Of a stretch of DNA of 64,000 nucleotides, positions 8,666-17,913 are shown piece after piece. Source of the DNA: Bryobacter sp. Lineage in GTDB: Bacteria > Acidobacteriota > Terriglobia > Bryobacterales > Bryobacteraceae. Within the stretch, counting starts at the first letter, position 1; each line of letters opens with the position of its first letter. The stretch lies in the NCBI GenBank assembly GCA_044340255.1, contig JBIITX010000001.1:132138-196137 (forward strand), read 5' to 3'. The notes under the pieces are model-generated. The model was not told where the DNA came from. It saw only the letters and a list, made by a program, of their open reading frames with translations, and did not search any database. Both the position numbers and the translations under genes were made by a program.

Positions 8666-10408
8666 TCACAGTCTGGGCAGCGGTTGAATAGGGATCTGTA
8701 TGTTGTAAGAGTGTTCCCGCTTGGAGTCTTCATCCACCGCAGCCAGCAGTGCAATCGGCTCACCGTCCGGGCCAAACAAAAGTTGCGGTCGCTCCAGCGA
8801 ATTCACTGTTTTGGTGGTGCCATCCGGCAGCTTGAATTCCGTCCTGCTCACCAGCGCATGTTTCGATAGCTTCCAGTCCAAGCCATCGCCAGACTCCCAC
8901 AGTGCCAGTGACTTTCCAGCCTTTGTGAAGTGCCCATTGTTGTCTTTCACGACAGCGTAGTAGCGCTGCGCGGCATGGCTGTACCAGATGAAGGGGTCTT
9001 CGGCCGGGAAGTCCACTCCGGGTGCCAGAAAGATGGCTTTGTTTTGCTTCGTAAATGGCCCGGTAGGCGAATCAGCCGTAGCCGTCAGATGCACCACCGG
9101 CCCACCAAACGGGAGCGCCCGCTTCCTGCCGACTGCCTTATAAACCATCAATACCCCACCATCCGGGCGCACCGCTACAGACGGGTTCGAAGTCATCAGC
9201 GAATCGGCAGCCGAAGTCTCACTCGTGATATCCAGCACCGGTTGATCGAAGCGCTGCCAGGGCCCATTCGGACTCTCTGCCACAGCCACACCAATCCGTT
9301 GCTGGTTGCGATGCGTCCAGTTCAGCGTCGGCATCCCCACCCCATCACCGGTGTTGCCCATGTAGTAGAGATAGTATTTCGCTCCGATCCGCAAAATCGT
9401 CGGGTTATGAGTACACAAGCCATCCCAATACTCTTTGCCGCGCGCCTTCAAAACAACATTGACATGCCGGAAAGGCCCCGTCGGCGAACTCGACACCGCA
9501 TGCGCAATCTCAGAGTGCGTCACCCACGCATAATGCCCAAGCTTGCGCGGCCATCGTGAATAGTAAAGATGATACTGGCCATCATCCCCGCGAACGGCAC
9601 TCCCACACCAGATGTAGTAATCGGGGTCAATGAATTTCGCCGTATCCGGCAATGGCCCCAGTCGGCTCGACAACTCGAGCTCTCGTATCGTCTTGGTCGG
9701 GGGCACCGCCGCTTCGTAAAATCGAATCCAATCCACCACCGCCTCAGCGGGCAATGCCGCATCCTCGACGCTGGTCGCACCACTCAGCGGAGAAGCGATC
9801 GAAGTAAGCCAGATGTTGGCAGGGGCATTGGCCACCCCCGTGATGTCGATGCTATGAACCAATTGGTCATCCAGATAAAAGTCCACCCGGTTCGGTGTGA
9901 CATTCGCTCCGTAAGTGTGGAACCCTTCCCCCAGGTCGACGCTGTTGATCCGCTTGTAGCCAAACGAAGAGTGCGGCCAGTAATTGTGCCAATTGACACT
10001 GTATGCAGTCGGCCTCACACTGTCCTGCTCCAGGATGTCGATCTCATTGGTGCGATCCTCGCCAACCTGCATCAGCCAGAACGAAGTGTGCCAGCCACGG
10101 GCCTTCGGCGTCCTCAGGCGGGCTTCGTAGTAACCATAGCGGAAGCGTTGCTTCGAAATCACCCCACCCGCCGTATAGTCCAGATCACCTGACTTCTGCC
10201 GCCGCAGCTTCAGCCGCAGCATGCCATCCTCAAGACTGACATTGGCCTCGGTTTGGCGGCTCCAGAATCTCGTATCGAGACGGTAATCCCAACGCGAGCG
10301 ATCCAGCGTTTTCCCGTCGAATTCATCGGCGAAGCGAAGCTGCCATCTTTGGCCGTCCGGAGGGGCAGCCAGCAGCGGAAGGGCCAGCAGGAATAGAAGT
10401 GATTTCAT
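8666..10408 (-). CDS. Secreted bimodular glycoside hydrolase: GH16 plus GH43-like five-bladed beta-propeller
   Basis: F.DEFDG..LD...W, YGYYEAR, NEIDILE (GH16 catalytic motif); second half has HNPTI, SNPSV, EDPFIW, LERPQL. Confidence 0.75.
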   Translation of the reverse strand: MKSLLFLLALPLLAAPPDGQRWQLRFADEFDGKTLDRSRWDYRLDTRFWSRQTEANVSLEDGMLRLKLRRQKSGDLDYTAGGVISKQRFRYGYYEARLRTPKARGWHTSFWLMQVGEDRTNEIDILEQDSVRPTAYSVNWHNYWPHSSFGYKRINSVDLGEGFHTYGANVTPNRVDFYLDDQLVHSIDITGVANAPANIWLTSIASPLSGATSVEDAALPAEAVVDWIRFYEAAVPPTKTIRELELSSRLGPLPDTAKFIDPDYYIWCGSAVRGDDGQYHLYYSRWPRKLGHYAWVTHSEIAHAVSSSPTGPFRHVNVVLKARGKEYWDGLCTHNPTILRIGAKYYLYYMGNTGDGVGMPTLNWTHRNQQRIGVAVAESPNGPWQRFDQPVLDITSETSAADSLMTSNPSVAVRPDGGVLMVYKAVGRKRALPFGGPVVHLTATADSPTGPFTKQNKAIFLAPGVDFPAEDPFIWYSHAAQRYYAVVKDNNGHFTKAGKSLALWESGDGLDWKLSKHALVSRTEFKLPDGTTKTVNSLERPQLLFGPDGEPIALLAAVDEDSKREHSYNIQIPIQPLPRL

Positions 10409-10414
10409 GGCAAG

Positions 10415-13400
10415 TTAGAACAAAAGTTTGAGACCCAATTGTGCAACGCGAGCGTCGCGGGCCGAGAAGATGCCGCCAAAGGTAGCGCTGATGTTCTTGC
10501 CGTCCGGCCCGGGAGAGAAGCCTCCCGCAGGAGAACCCCAATTTACTTTATTCAGGAAGTTGAAGGCTTCAGCGCGAAACTGCAGCGTAAAACGTTCTTT
10601 GAACTTTGTGTTTTTGAGCATCGACAAGTCCCAATTGATCGTCCCCGGCGTTCGCACATCAGGCAATGTGCGGCCAACGTTGCCGAGGAAGAACTCCACA
10701 GGGTTGATAAACGCATCCGTGTTGAACCACCGCGCCCTGGTCGGGTTATCCAGCTTGGCACTCACACCCGTAGAGTCCGGGCGATCCGAAATGAAGTTGT
10801 TGGCGCCACGCACGATCAGCGGCAAGCCCGTCTGCATGATGCCAATCGAGTTCACCTGCCAGCCTCCAATCAACCGGTTCACAAAGCCGCTACCCTTGCC
10901 AAAGGGCAACTCATAAAGCAGCGTGACCGCCATCCTTTGCGAGACATCATTCGGGTCAATCGACCGGTTCAGCTTGCGGTTGAAGAAGCCATCCTGAAAG
11001 CCTGACTCTCCCGTCGCCTCAAACCCGAAGTCATTCGTCGGCGACAGGTTGCTGTCACTCATCTTCTTGCCGCCCGTGTAGGCGACACTCACAAAGAGCC
11101 CCGATTTGAAATTCCTTCGAATCGTCAACTGCAACTGGTGGCTCGTGTAGTTGCCAAGCAATGGGTTCAAGACGCTGACCCCTTGATACTGCGGGTAAGG
11201 CAGCAGTGTTCGCTCGCGCGTTACCGTCGCTGCACCAAGCCCTCCGGGCACCCGGCCTGCCAGTGGATTCGGCAGAATGTCTTGCGAGGATCTACCCAGC
11301 GCGCGCCGCTGGTCCACCGAAAGCTGATTGATGTTATAGCTGCTCGAAGCAAAGTGATTCCTCTTGTTACCGGCATACGCTGCTTCAAAGAACCAACCCT
11401 TCATCTCGTGCTGCAGCGATGCTGTCCATTGCTGCGTCATCGGTGTCGGGCTCTCTTCCTCACGAATCGTTACCCCTTGCCCAAGCAGGGCCCCCACTGC
11501 GGTCGCGCGTCCCGGCACCCCGATCGGCTCAAAAGGCAAACCATCCTGGAATCGAAACGCCCTCCCTCCTGGTGAAAGTGCCGCATAGTTGGTGCTGGAG
11601 GTCGAGAAGAACTGTGTGTTCCCAAAGAATGGCCTCCAGAAGATACTCGGATAAAAGATGCCGTACCCACCGCGAAAGACCGTCTTGCCTTTACCGGTCA
11701 GGTCATAGGCCCAGCCAAAGCGCGGGGCAAAATCGCGATAGCTTTCTCCAAGAAAGCTCCGTGCCTGTCCGCCGACTCCAGCGAAGACGATGGCACCGGC
11801 CAGCCCACTCACGGGGTCTCGCTGTGTCAGATCGAAATTGATTTGCCCGTCATTGCGTTCATAAGGCCGCTGCTGCCAATCCCAGCGCAACCCAAGATTA
11901 AGGGTCAGTCGACGTGTGACCTTCCAATCATCTTGCACAAACGTGCTCCAGCTATCACCCTGAAACGACGCCCCGCTCACACGCTGCGCGTTCGCGCTGG
12001 CCACGTCGCCCAGCAGAAACTGAGCCATCGCCGACCCGGTGCCCGCCGGGTTTTGCGGGTTGGATGTCAGTCCCCCAAAGTTATAGCCTCCACCCAGGTT
12101 CGTTCCCTGTTGGTTGTTGCCTTGCTGCGTTCTAAAATTCACTCCCAGCTTGAGCGAATGGTTGCCAATGATCTTCGTGAACGTGTCCTGAACATCCCAA
12201 TTCATCGAACCGCGAAACCCAAGCGCTCCTCCACCAATAGCTCCAAACCCAAAGTCCATCTGAGGAAAAGCAATCCCAACCATGTTGGCGGGTAGCCCCA
12301 AACGGGAACTCCAGTCGCCAGAGCTCTGCGAGGCAAACGTGAAGGCCTGCCGGTTGATGCCAACTCTTAAGTTGTTGAGGGTCGTTCCCGAGATCGTATA
12401 ATTCCAGGTCGCAACCGCATTGCGGTTGGTTTGGTTGTCGTCTCGTGCATCACCAACAATCTGCTCGGTGAAGATACTCGTATTGAAGGGGTCATGCTGC
12501 GCTTGTGTGTAGCGGACAAAGACACTGTGGCGATCACTCACACGGTAGTCGACACGCCAGTTCCACTGTGTCCAGTCAATCCGTGAAGGGTTGCCATCCT
12601 GATAGTTTTGTTGCTGCGTGAAGTTGTTGATGGCCGGTTTGTTGGGCTGGGGATAAAAAGCCAATATCTTTGGAGTGGCGCGGTCAAATCGGCTTTGCGG
12701 CACAATGTTGCCGGGGAAGAGTGTACGCACCAGACCCGCTCCGCTTGGGTTCTGGATCGTGGTGGCCGGATCAAAAATCGGCACCAGCAAACCTTGTGCG
12801 GTCCGCAGGTTGGAGAAGTTGCCATCGCGCCATTCCTGGATCGGTACCGAGGCGATGCGCGGGGAAGACCTTCTCAGCAGATACCGTTCATAGTTGATGA
12901 ATCCAAAGAGGCGATTCTTGAGGATCGGTGCTCCAACTGCGCCTCCAAACTGGTTGTAGCGCAAAGGGAGCCGCGTCGCGGCAAAGGTGTTGCGAGCGTC
13001 CATCTTGTCATTGCGCAAGAACTCATACAAGGTGCCGCGCACCTGGTTCGTGCCAGACTTGGTCACCAGGTTGATCGCCCCACCCGCTGTGAAGCCAAAC
13101 TCGGCTGACATGGGCCCGCTCTGGACTTTGAACTCCTCCACCGCGTCCACCGCCGGCGGAATCGAGACTTCCCCGACATAGCTCAGTGTGTTGTTGTTTC
13201 CATCAAGCATCTGCGAGTTCAGCGCATTCGGCCCACCGTTGATACTCACCGAAGAGAGGGCAATACCGCGATCTCCAAAGCCCGACTGGGCTGGGCCTGA
13301 ATTCGAGACAACGCCAGCAGTGAGAAAGGTAAAGGCCAGCGCGCTACGCCCGTTGAGCGGTAACTCCTGCAGTCGCCGATTGTCGACCACCTGCCCCAGC

Positions 13401-13783
13401 GTCGCACTACCGGTGTCAACCATCGTGGCCTCGCCGCTGACAGTCACCGTATCAGCCTGCTGCCCCAACTCGAGCCGGATGTCGACGCGGGCATTCTGCC
13501 CGACCTGCAAAGTCACCCCGGAGCGGACGAACTTCTTGAAACCAGTCTGCTCGACGCGGATCTCATAGCGTCCCACGGCAAGGCCGGGGGCAATGTAGTT
13601 GCCACTCTCATTGGTAGTCGCCCGGAACTTCGCGCTCGTGTCCACTTGCACGACATCGACCTTCGCCCCTGGAACCAGCGCTCCTTGCGGATCAGTCACC
13701 GTTCCGGTGATCGTGGCGCTGTCCTGTTGTGCCAATAAGGCGCTACAAAGCAGGAGGGGAAGAATCAGTCTGTTCAGGGACAT
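10415..13783 (-). CDS. TonB-dependent receptor (Oar-like, carboxypeptidase-regulatory N-domain)
   Basis: ITGTVTDPQGALVPGA, LPLNGRS, VEEFKVQ, KSGTN..RG.LYEFLRND..DA, C-terminal QLGLKLLF. Confidence 0.93.
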   Translation of the reverse strand: MSLNRLILPLLLCSALLAQQDSATITGTVTDPQGALVPGAKVDVVQVDTSAKFRATTNESGNYIAPGLAVGRYEIRVEQTGFKKFVRSGVTLQVGQNARVDIRLELGQQADTVTVSGEATMVDTGSATLGQVVDNRRLQELPLNGRSALAFTFLTAGVVSNSGPAQSGFGDRGIALSSVSINGGPNALNSQMLDGNNNTLSYVGEVSIPPAVDAVEEFKVQSGPMSAEFGFTAGGAINLVTKSGTNQVRGTLYEFLRNDKMDARNTFAATRLPLRYNQFGGAVGAPILKNRLFGFINYERYLLRRSSPRIASVPIQEWRDGNFSNLRTAQGLLVPIFDPATTIQNPSGAGLVRTLFPGNIVPQSRFDRATPKILAFYPQPNKPAINNFTQQQNYQDGNPSRIDWTQWNWRVDYRVSDRHSVFVRYTQAQHDPFNTSIFTEQIVGDARDDNQTNRNAVATWNYTISGTTLNNLRVGINRQAFTFASQSSGDWSSRLGLPANMVGIAFPQMDFGFGAIGGGALGFRGSMNWDVQDTFTKIIGNHSLKLGVNFRTQQGNNQQGTNLGGGYNFGGLTSNPQNPAGTGSAMAQFLLGDVASANAQRVSGASFQGDSWSTFVQDDWKVTRRLTLNLGLRWDWQQRPYERNDGQINFDLTQRDPVSGLAGAIVFAGVGGQARSFLGESYRDFAPRFGWAYDLTGKGKTVFRGGYGIFYPSIFWRPFFGNTQFFSTSSTNYAALSPGGRAFRFQDGLPFEPIGVPGRATAVGALLGQGVTIREEESPTPMTQQWTASLQHEMKGWFFEAAYAGNKRNHFASSSYNINQLSVDQRRALGRSSQDILPNPLAGRVPGGLGAATVTRERTLLPYPQYQGVSVLNPLLGNYTSHQLQLTIRRNFKSGLFVSVAYTGGKKMSDSNLSPTNDFGFEATGESGFQDGFFNRKLNRSIDPNDVSQRMAVTLLYELPFGKGSGFVNRLIGGWQVNSIGIMQTGLPLIVRGANNFISDRPDSTGVSAKLDNPTRARWFNTDAFINPVEFFLGNVGRTLPDVRTPGTINWDLSMLKNTKFKERFTLQFRAEAFNFLNKVNWGSPAGGFSPGPDGKNISATFGGIFSARDARVAQLGLKLLF

Positions 13784-13785
13784 AG

Positions 13786-13804
13786 TCTGAAAAATTATTT
13801 CAGA
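13786..13804. promoter_or_regulatory. Palindrome immediately upstream of TBDR start (operator or translational hairpin)
   Basis: TCTGAAA-AATTA-TTTCAGA, 2 nt from the ATG at 13783. Confidence 0.35.
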
Positions 13805-13822
13805 TTTCTGTTGACGTGTCTA

Positions 13823-13854
13823 CAAACGAAAGCCCGGCGATGGCTCGCCGGGCT
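13823..13854 (-). terminator. Intrinsic terminator of tRNA-Arg
   Basis: 10-bp stem AGCCCGGCGA/TCGCCGGGCT, 4-nt loop, TTCGTTT tail on the minus strand. Confidence 0.8.
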
Positions 13855-13860
13855 GATCTG

Positions 13861-13937
13861 TGGTGCACCCGGAGGGATTCGAACCCCCGACCCTTTGGTT
13901 CGAAGCCAAATGCTCTATCCAGCTGAGCTACAGGTGC
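13861..13937 (-). tRNA. tRNA-Arg (anticodon UCG)
   Basis: GCACCTGTAGCTCAGCTGGATAGAGCA-TTTGG-CTTCGAA-CCAAA-GGGTCGGGGGTTCGAATCCCTCCGGGTGCACCA; full cloverleaf with encoded CCA. Confidence 0.96.
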
Positions 13938-14016
13938 AGGAACCTCAAGATTACAACAAAACCGGCAGGCGCGGATCAACGATCGATTGCTGAGTTTAGT
14001 AAATTGGAATGCACTT

Positions 14017-17000
14017 ATGCGAGCGTTCAGTCTGTTGTTGCTTCTTACAGGCCTGAGTCTTGTGGGACAGACAAACCGTGGTTCCCTCAGTGGCTCTGTG
14101 GAAGATTCCAGTGGCGCGGCAATTCCCAGTGCCACGGTGACCATCCGAAATCTGGCTACCGGCCAGGTGATGAAGCTGACCACCTCGCAGGCGGGTCTAT
14201 TCTCTGCGCCTGCGCTCGACCCGGTGGACTATTCAGTTGAGGTGAAGGCTGCCGGCTTCCAGTCCGCGTTGGTGAAACAGGTAAAGGTGGATACCGCAAG
14301 CAGTGCGGCCGTGAAATTGGTCTTGAAGCCACAGTCCGTGGAAACAACTGTCGAGGTGACCGCCACGGCAAGTGCGATCAACACGGAGTCCGGCACTGTG
14401 AGCCACACCATTTCAGAGAGGGACATCCTGAATGCTCCGCTCAGCAACCGCAACGTGATGGAACTGGCGATGGCGATGCCGAACACCACGGGCGACGTTG
14501 GGTCGGAAGACCCGACTGTGGCCGCCACCGTGACCGCGCCCGGGTTCAATGTCAGCCTGAATGGCGGCCGTCCAGGCAGTACCGCCATCCTCGCCGATGG
14601 CGTCAACAACACCGGTGTGGGGCTGGCCCGTGCCATTGCGAATTTCTCGCCAGAAACCGTGCAGGAGGTAACCGTGCAAACCGCCGCGTATTCGGCGGAG
14701 TACGGCAACACCGGTGGCGGAGTCATCAATGCGACAACACGCTCGGGCACAAACAAGCTGGCGGGGACGCTCTTGTGGAATGCGATCAATCCCGCCCTGA
14801 ATGCCGCGCCGTGGACGTTGGCGACCGTAAACCGGCCTCGGGCGACGGCTCGATCCAACCAGTTTCACGCAAGCGTCGGTGGCCCTGTCGTGATTCCAAA
14901 ACTCTACAATGGCCGCAACCGCACCTTCTTCTTTGCGGCCTTTGAGCCCAGGTATCGCGTCGATTATGTGCAGGCCGAAGCCTTGCTGCCAACTGCGGCC
15001 ATGCGGCAGGGTGACTTCAGCGATGCAGTGGCTGTGACTGGCGGTTGGGCTCCGGCCGCCGAAGTCAGGCGCTTTGGCTTGAGCCAACTCCGCGACTCCA
15101 CGATCTACCGGCAATTCGACCGTGTGAACAATCAACTGGCGCGCATCACCCTCGGGCCCGGGCAGACATTCGAGCCGTTCCCAGGCAACCGCATTCCCAC
15201 GAGCTTTCTGGATGCCTCGGCGATGAAGGCCCTCTCGTATCTTCCCGAAGCTGGTTCTTACTTTCTGAACGCCAACGGCCAACTCGTCAACTACCAGGTC
15301 TTGCGCTTTGTCCGCCAGAACGAAAAGCGGGTGCTGGCGCGCTTCGATCACACCCTCAGCCAGAACAATCGATTCAACTTCAGACTTTCCTTTCTGCCTG
15401 TTGTTGGAGAGAAGGGTTTTGGCCATCCAGTCAATGGAAACTACGCCGACTATGGCCAATCCCGTCAGTTGATGATGTCAGACACCCATACCTTCTCGCC
15501 GCGCATCTTGAATGATCTGCGCTTGAACTATACCCGGGGACGTTTCAGCGGCACTCTGACCGAAGAGTTTGATCCCTTGACGGGTCGCAACCTCAATGCC
15601 GAACTTGGATTGCCGAACATCACGCCGGGAGGGATGCCGAGCTTGGCCTTTGAGCTCGGTGCCTTTGGTGGCATTGGCTCAGTGGGCTCGGGCTTGAGAG
15701 AGAACGTGGAGGAACGCTATGGACTCACCGATATTGTGTACTTCACGCGTGGAAACATGTCATGGAAGTTTGGTGTCGATCTCAGCCATGCGCGGATGAA
15801 AACGATGAGTCTCTTTCTTGCTTCGGGAGGTTTGTGGGACTTCCGTTCTCTCCAGACGGCCAGCGGCGGGGCGGCATCATCCGGTGGCATCGGCTTTGCC
15901 AGTTTTCTGCTTGGAGTTCCCAACTCGGTGCAGTTACGAAATGCTGTGATTCCGTATTACTACCGATGGAACAGCTACGCCGCCTTTGTCCAAAACGATT
16001 GGAAGGTGCGGCGAAACTTGACGCTCAACATTGGGATGCGATATTCGTTGCAAACGCCGCGCACAGAGAAGTTCAATCGCCAGGGTGCTTTTCTTCCCGA
16101 ACTGTCACGAGAGTATCCGCTGGCGACGCCGCTCAATCTGCCTGACGGCAGCACAGTAAGTTCAGTCACCGTGCCTCCCTTTGCCTTTAGCGGGGTCGGG
16201 GGCCGCAGCCGCTATTTGACTCCCGTGAACCGGCTCAATTTCGAGCCGCGATTTGGCCTCGCTTGGTCTCCGGGTAAGAAGGTGACCTTGCGCGCGGGTT
16301 ATGGTCTTTCCCATGCGCCGCTGACGGGCAACTCGCGGGCGGCGAATCCAGATTTCACAGTGCCGACTCAGGCCTTTGGGCCGAACTCCGGACAGACCAA
16401 CCCGGACTTTGCGTTGCGCATGTCGAGCAACCCACCACTGCTGACCGCACTGAGTCCAGAACAGGTGATTGCGGCTCCCGCCGACGGGCTTGTCTATCTC
16501 GACAGCATCAATATGGGTGGGCAGGGATTCGTGGTTTCCCCGAATGTTCGCACGCCCTATAGCCAGAACTGGAATGTATCGCTGAGCCGGCCGATTGGAC
16601 GAGGCACGGTGATTGAGCTCTCCTATGTGGGCAATAAGAGCACTCACCTCTTCATGCCAGCCCTCAACACGAATCCGCGCAACTTCCGGTTGATTGATGC
16701 GATTCAAGCGGCCAATGGAGATCCCGATTTGACGGTGAACGATCCTCTGGGGCGACGCACTCCGGCCGGTGCCATTATCCGCGTGCAGCAAGCCACTCTG
16801 GGCAGCACCTATCTTGGCTTCAATCGGTTGCCGATTGTAATGGATTCTTCGGCCAATGCCATCCGCCATGCAGGCTTCGTGAACGTGACTCGCCGCGCAC
16901 GCACTGGCCTGACGCTCACCGGCAACTATACCTTTGGCAAATCGATCGATGATGCCTCCGACGCCGGTACAGATGCGGGCGTGCTGACATCGCCCAGTTC

Positions 17001-17913
17001 GCTGGGGCAGGCCGGCTATGGTGCCACCCGGCGCAACGACCGCTCTGTCTCGTCGTTCGATGTGAAGCACAACTTCAACATGACAGCGCTTTATGACCTG
17101 CCATTCGGCCGTGGCCGCCAGTATCTCAAGCAGTCGCCCCGAATGGTGGAATGGCTCGCTGGGGGCTGGACAGTCGGTGGCTTGGGGCGCATGATGACGG
17201 GCTTCCCCTTCACCGCGATGCTCGTGGATGCCAACAAACTGGGTGAGGGAAATTACAATGTGCGGCCCGATGTGGTGCCCGGCGTACCGCTGGTGAATCC
17301 TTTATGGCAGCGCGAGTGTCCCTTAAGCAATTCCTGCGAACCGTATCTGAATCCGGCCGCTTTCATGAGACCGCCAAAGGGCGAACTTGGTAATGCGGCC
17401 CGCACGCTCGACCAGGCAAGAGGACCCTGGCAGCAGTATCTGAATCTGTCTGTGCAGAAGAACTTTCGCACTGGGGAAAGATTTCGCTGGCAATTCCGGG
17501 CTGACTTCAACAATGCGCTGAACCGTCCGGTGTTTCGCACGGTCCACAACAACACCGCCATGGCCAACTATTCACTGCCCAGCGAGAACCCGGTGACGGC
17601 AGCCGAGTACGATGCCTGGGCTCGCTTCAATAGCAAACCTCTGAGTACCACCGCAGAGGGCGCGGCATTGTTCCAGCAGGCTCGCAACATGATCCTCAAC
17701 AACCGCAATACGGCTGGCGTACTGCCTGATTCGTTTTTCACAGTCCCTGTGCCGACCGGCTTCGCGCGGTCAAGCGCCCTGAGCTATGACATCACCAATC
17801 CAGACCAGTTCAAGCTTTACCGATTAAGGCAGGCATTCCGCGAAACGTTCGGGCAGCTGTGGTCCTTACCGAATCCGCGGCAGGTCAATCTTTCGCTGCG
17901 GATCTTTTTCTAG
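14017..17913 (+). CDS. TonB-dependent receptor (Oar-like)
   Basis: Signal peptide, GSLSGSVEDSSGAAIPSA, VQEVTVQT, NDWKVRRNLTLNIGMRY, C-terminal RQVNLSLRIFF. Confidence 0.92.
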   Translation: MRAFSLLLLLTGLSLVGQTNRGSLSGSVEDSSGAAIPSATVTIRNLATGQVMKLTTSQAGLFSAPALDPVDYSVEVKAAGFQSALVKQVKVDTASSAAVKLVLKPQSVETTVEVTATASAINTESGTVSHTISERDILNAPLSNRNVMELAMAMPNTTGDVGSEDPTVAATVTAPGFNVSLNGGRPGSTAILADGVNNTGVGLARAIANFSPETVQEVTVQTAAYSAEYGNTGGGVINATTRSGTNKLAGTLLWNAINPALNAAPWTLATVNRPRATARSNQFHASVGGPVVIPKLYNGRNRTFFFAAFEPRYRVDYVQAEALLPTAAMRQGDFSDAVAVTGGWAPAAEVRRFGLSQLRDSTIYRQFDRVNNQLARITLGPGQTFEPFPGNRIPTSFLDASAMKALSYLPEAGSYFLNANGQLVNYQVLRFVRQNEKRVLARFDHTLSQNNRFNFRLSFLPVVGEKGFGHPVNGNYADYGQSRQLMMSDTHTFSPRILNDLRLNYTRGRFSGTLTEEFDPLTGRNLNAELGLPNITPGGMPSLAFELGAFGGIGSVGSGLRENVEERYGLTDIVYFTRGNMSWKFGVDLSHARMKTMSLFLASGGLWDFRSLQTASGGAASSGGIGFASFLLGVPNSVQLRNAVIPYYYRWNSYAAFVQNDWKVRRNLTLNIGMRYSLQTPRTEKFNRQGAFLPELSREYPLATPLNLPDGSTVSSVTVPPFAFSGVGGRSRYLTPVNRLNFEPRFGLAWSPGKKVTLRAGYGLSHAPLTGNSRAANPDFTVPTQAFGPNSGQTNPDFALRMSSNPPLLTALSPEQVIAAPADGLVYLDSINMGGQGFVVSPNVRTPYSQNWNVSLSRPIGRGTVIELSYVGNKSTHLFMPALNTNPRNFRLIDAIQAANGDPDLTVNDPLGRRTPAGAIIRVQQATLGSTYLGFNRLPIVMDSSANAIRHAGFVNVTRRARTGLTLTGNYTFGKSIDDASDAGTDAGVLTSPSSLGQAGYGATRRNDRSVSSFDVKHNFNMTALYDLPFGRGRQYLKQSPRMVEWLAGGWTVGGLGRMMTGFPFTAMLVDANKLGEGNYNVRPDVVPGVPLVNPLWQRECPLSNSCEPYLNPAAFMRPPKGELGNAARTLDQARGPWQQYLNLSVQKNFRTGERFRWQFRADFNNALNRPVFRTVHNNTAMANYSLPSENPVTAAEYDAWARFNSKPLSTTAEGAALFQQARNMILNNRNTAGVLPDSFFTVPVPTGFARSSALSYDITNPDQFKLYRLRQAFRETFGQLWSLPNPRQVNLSLRIFF

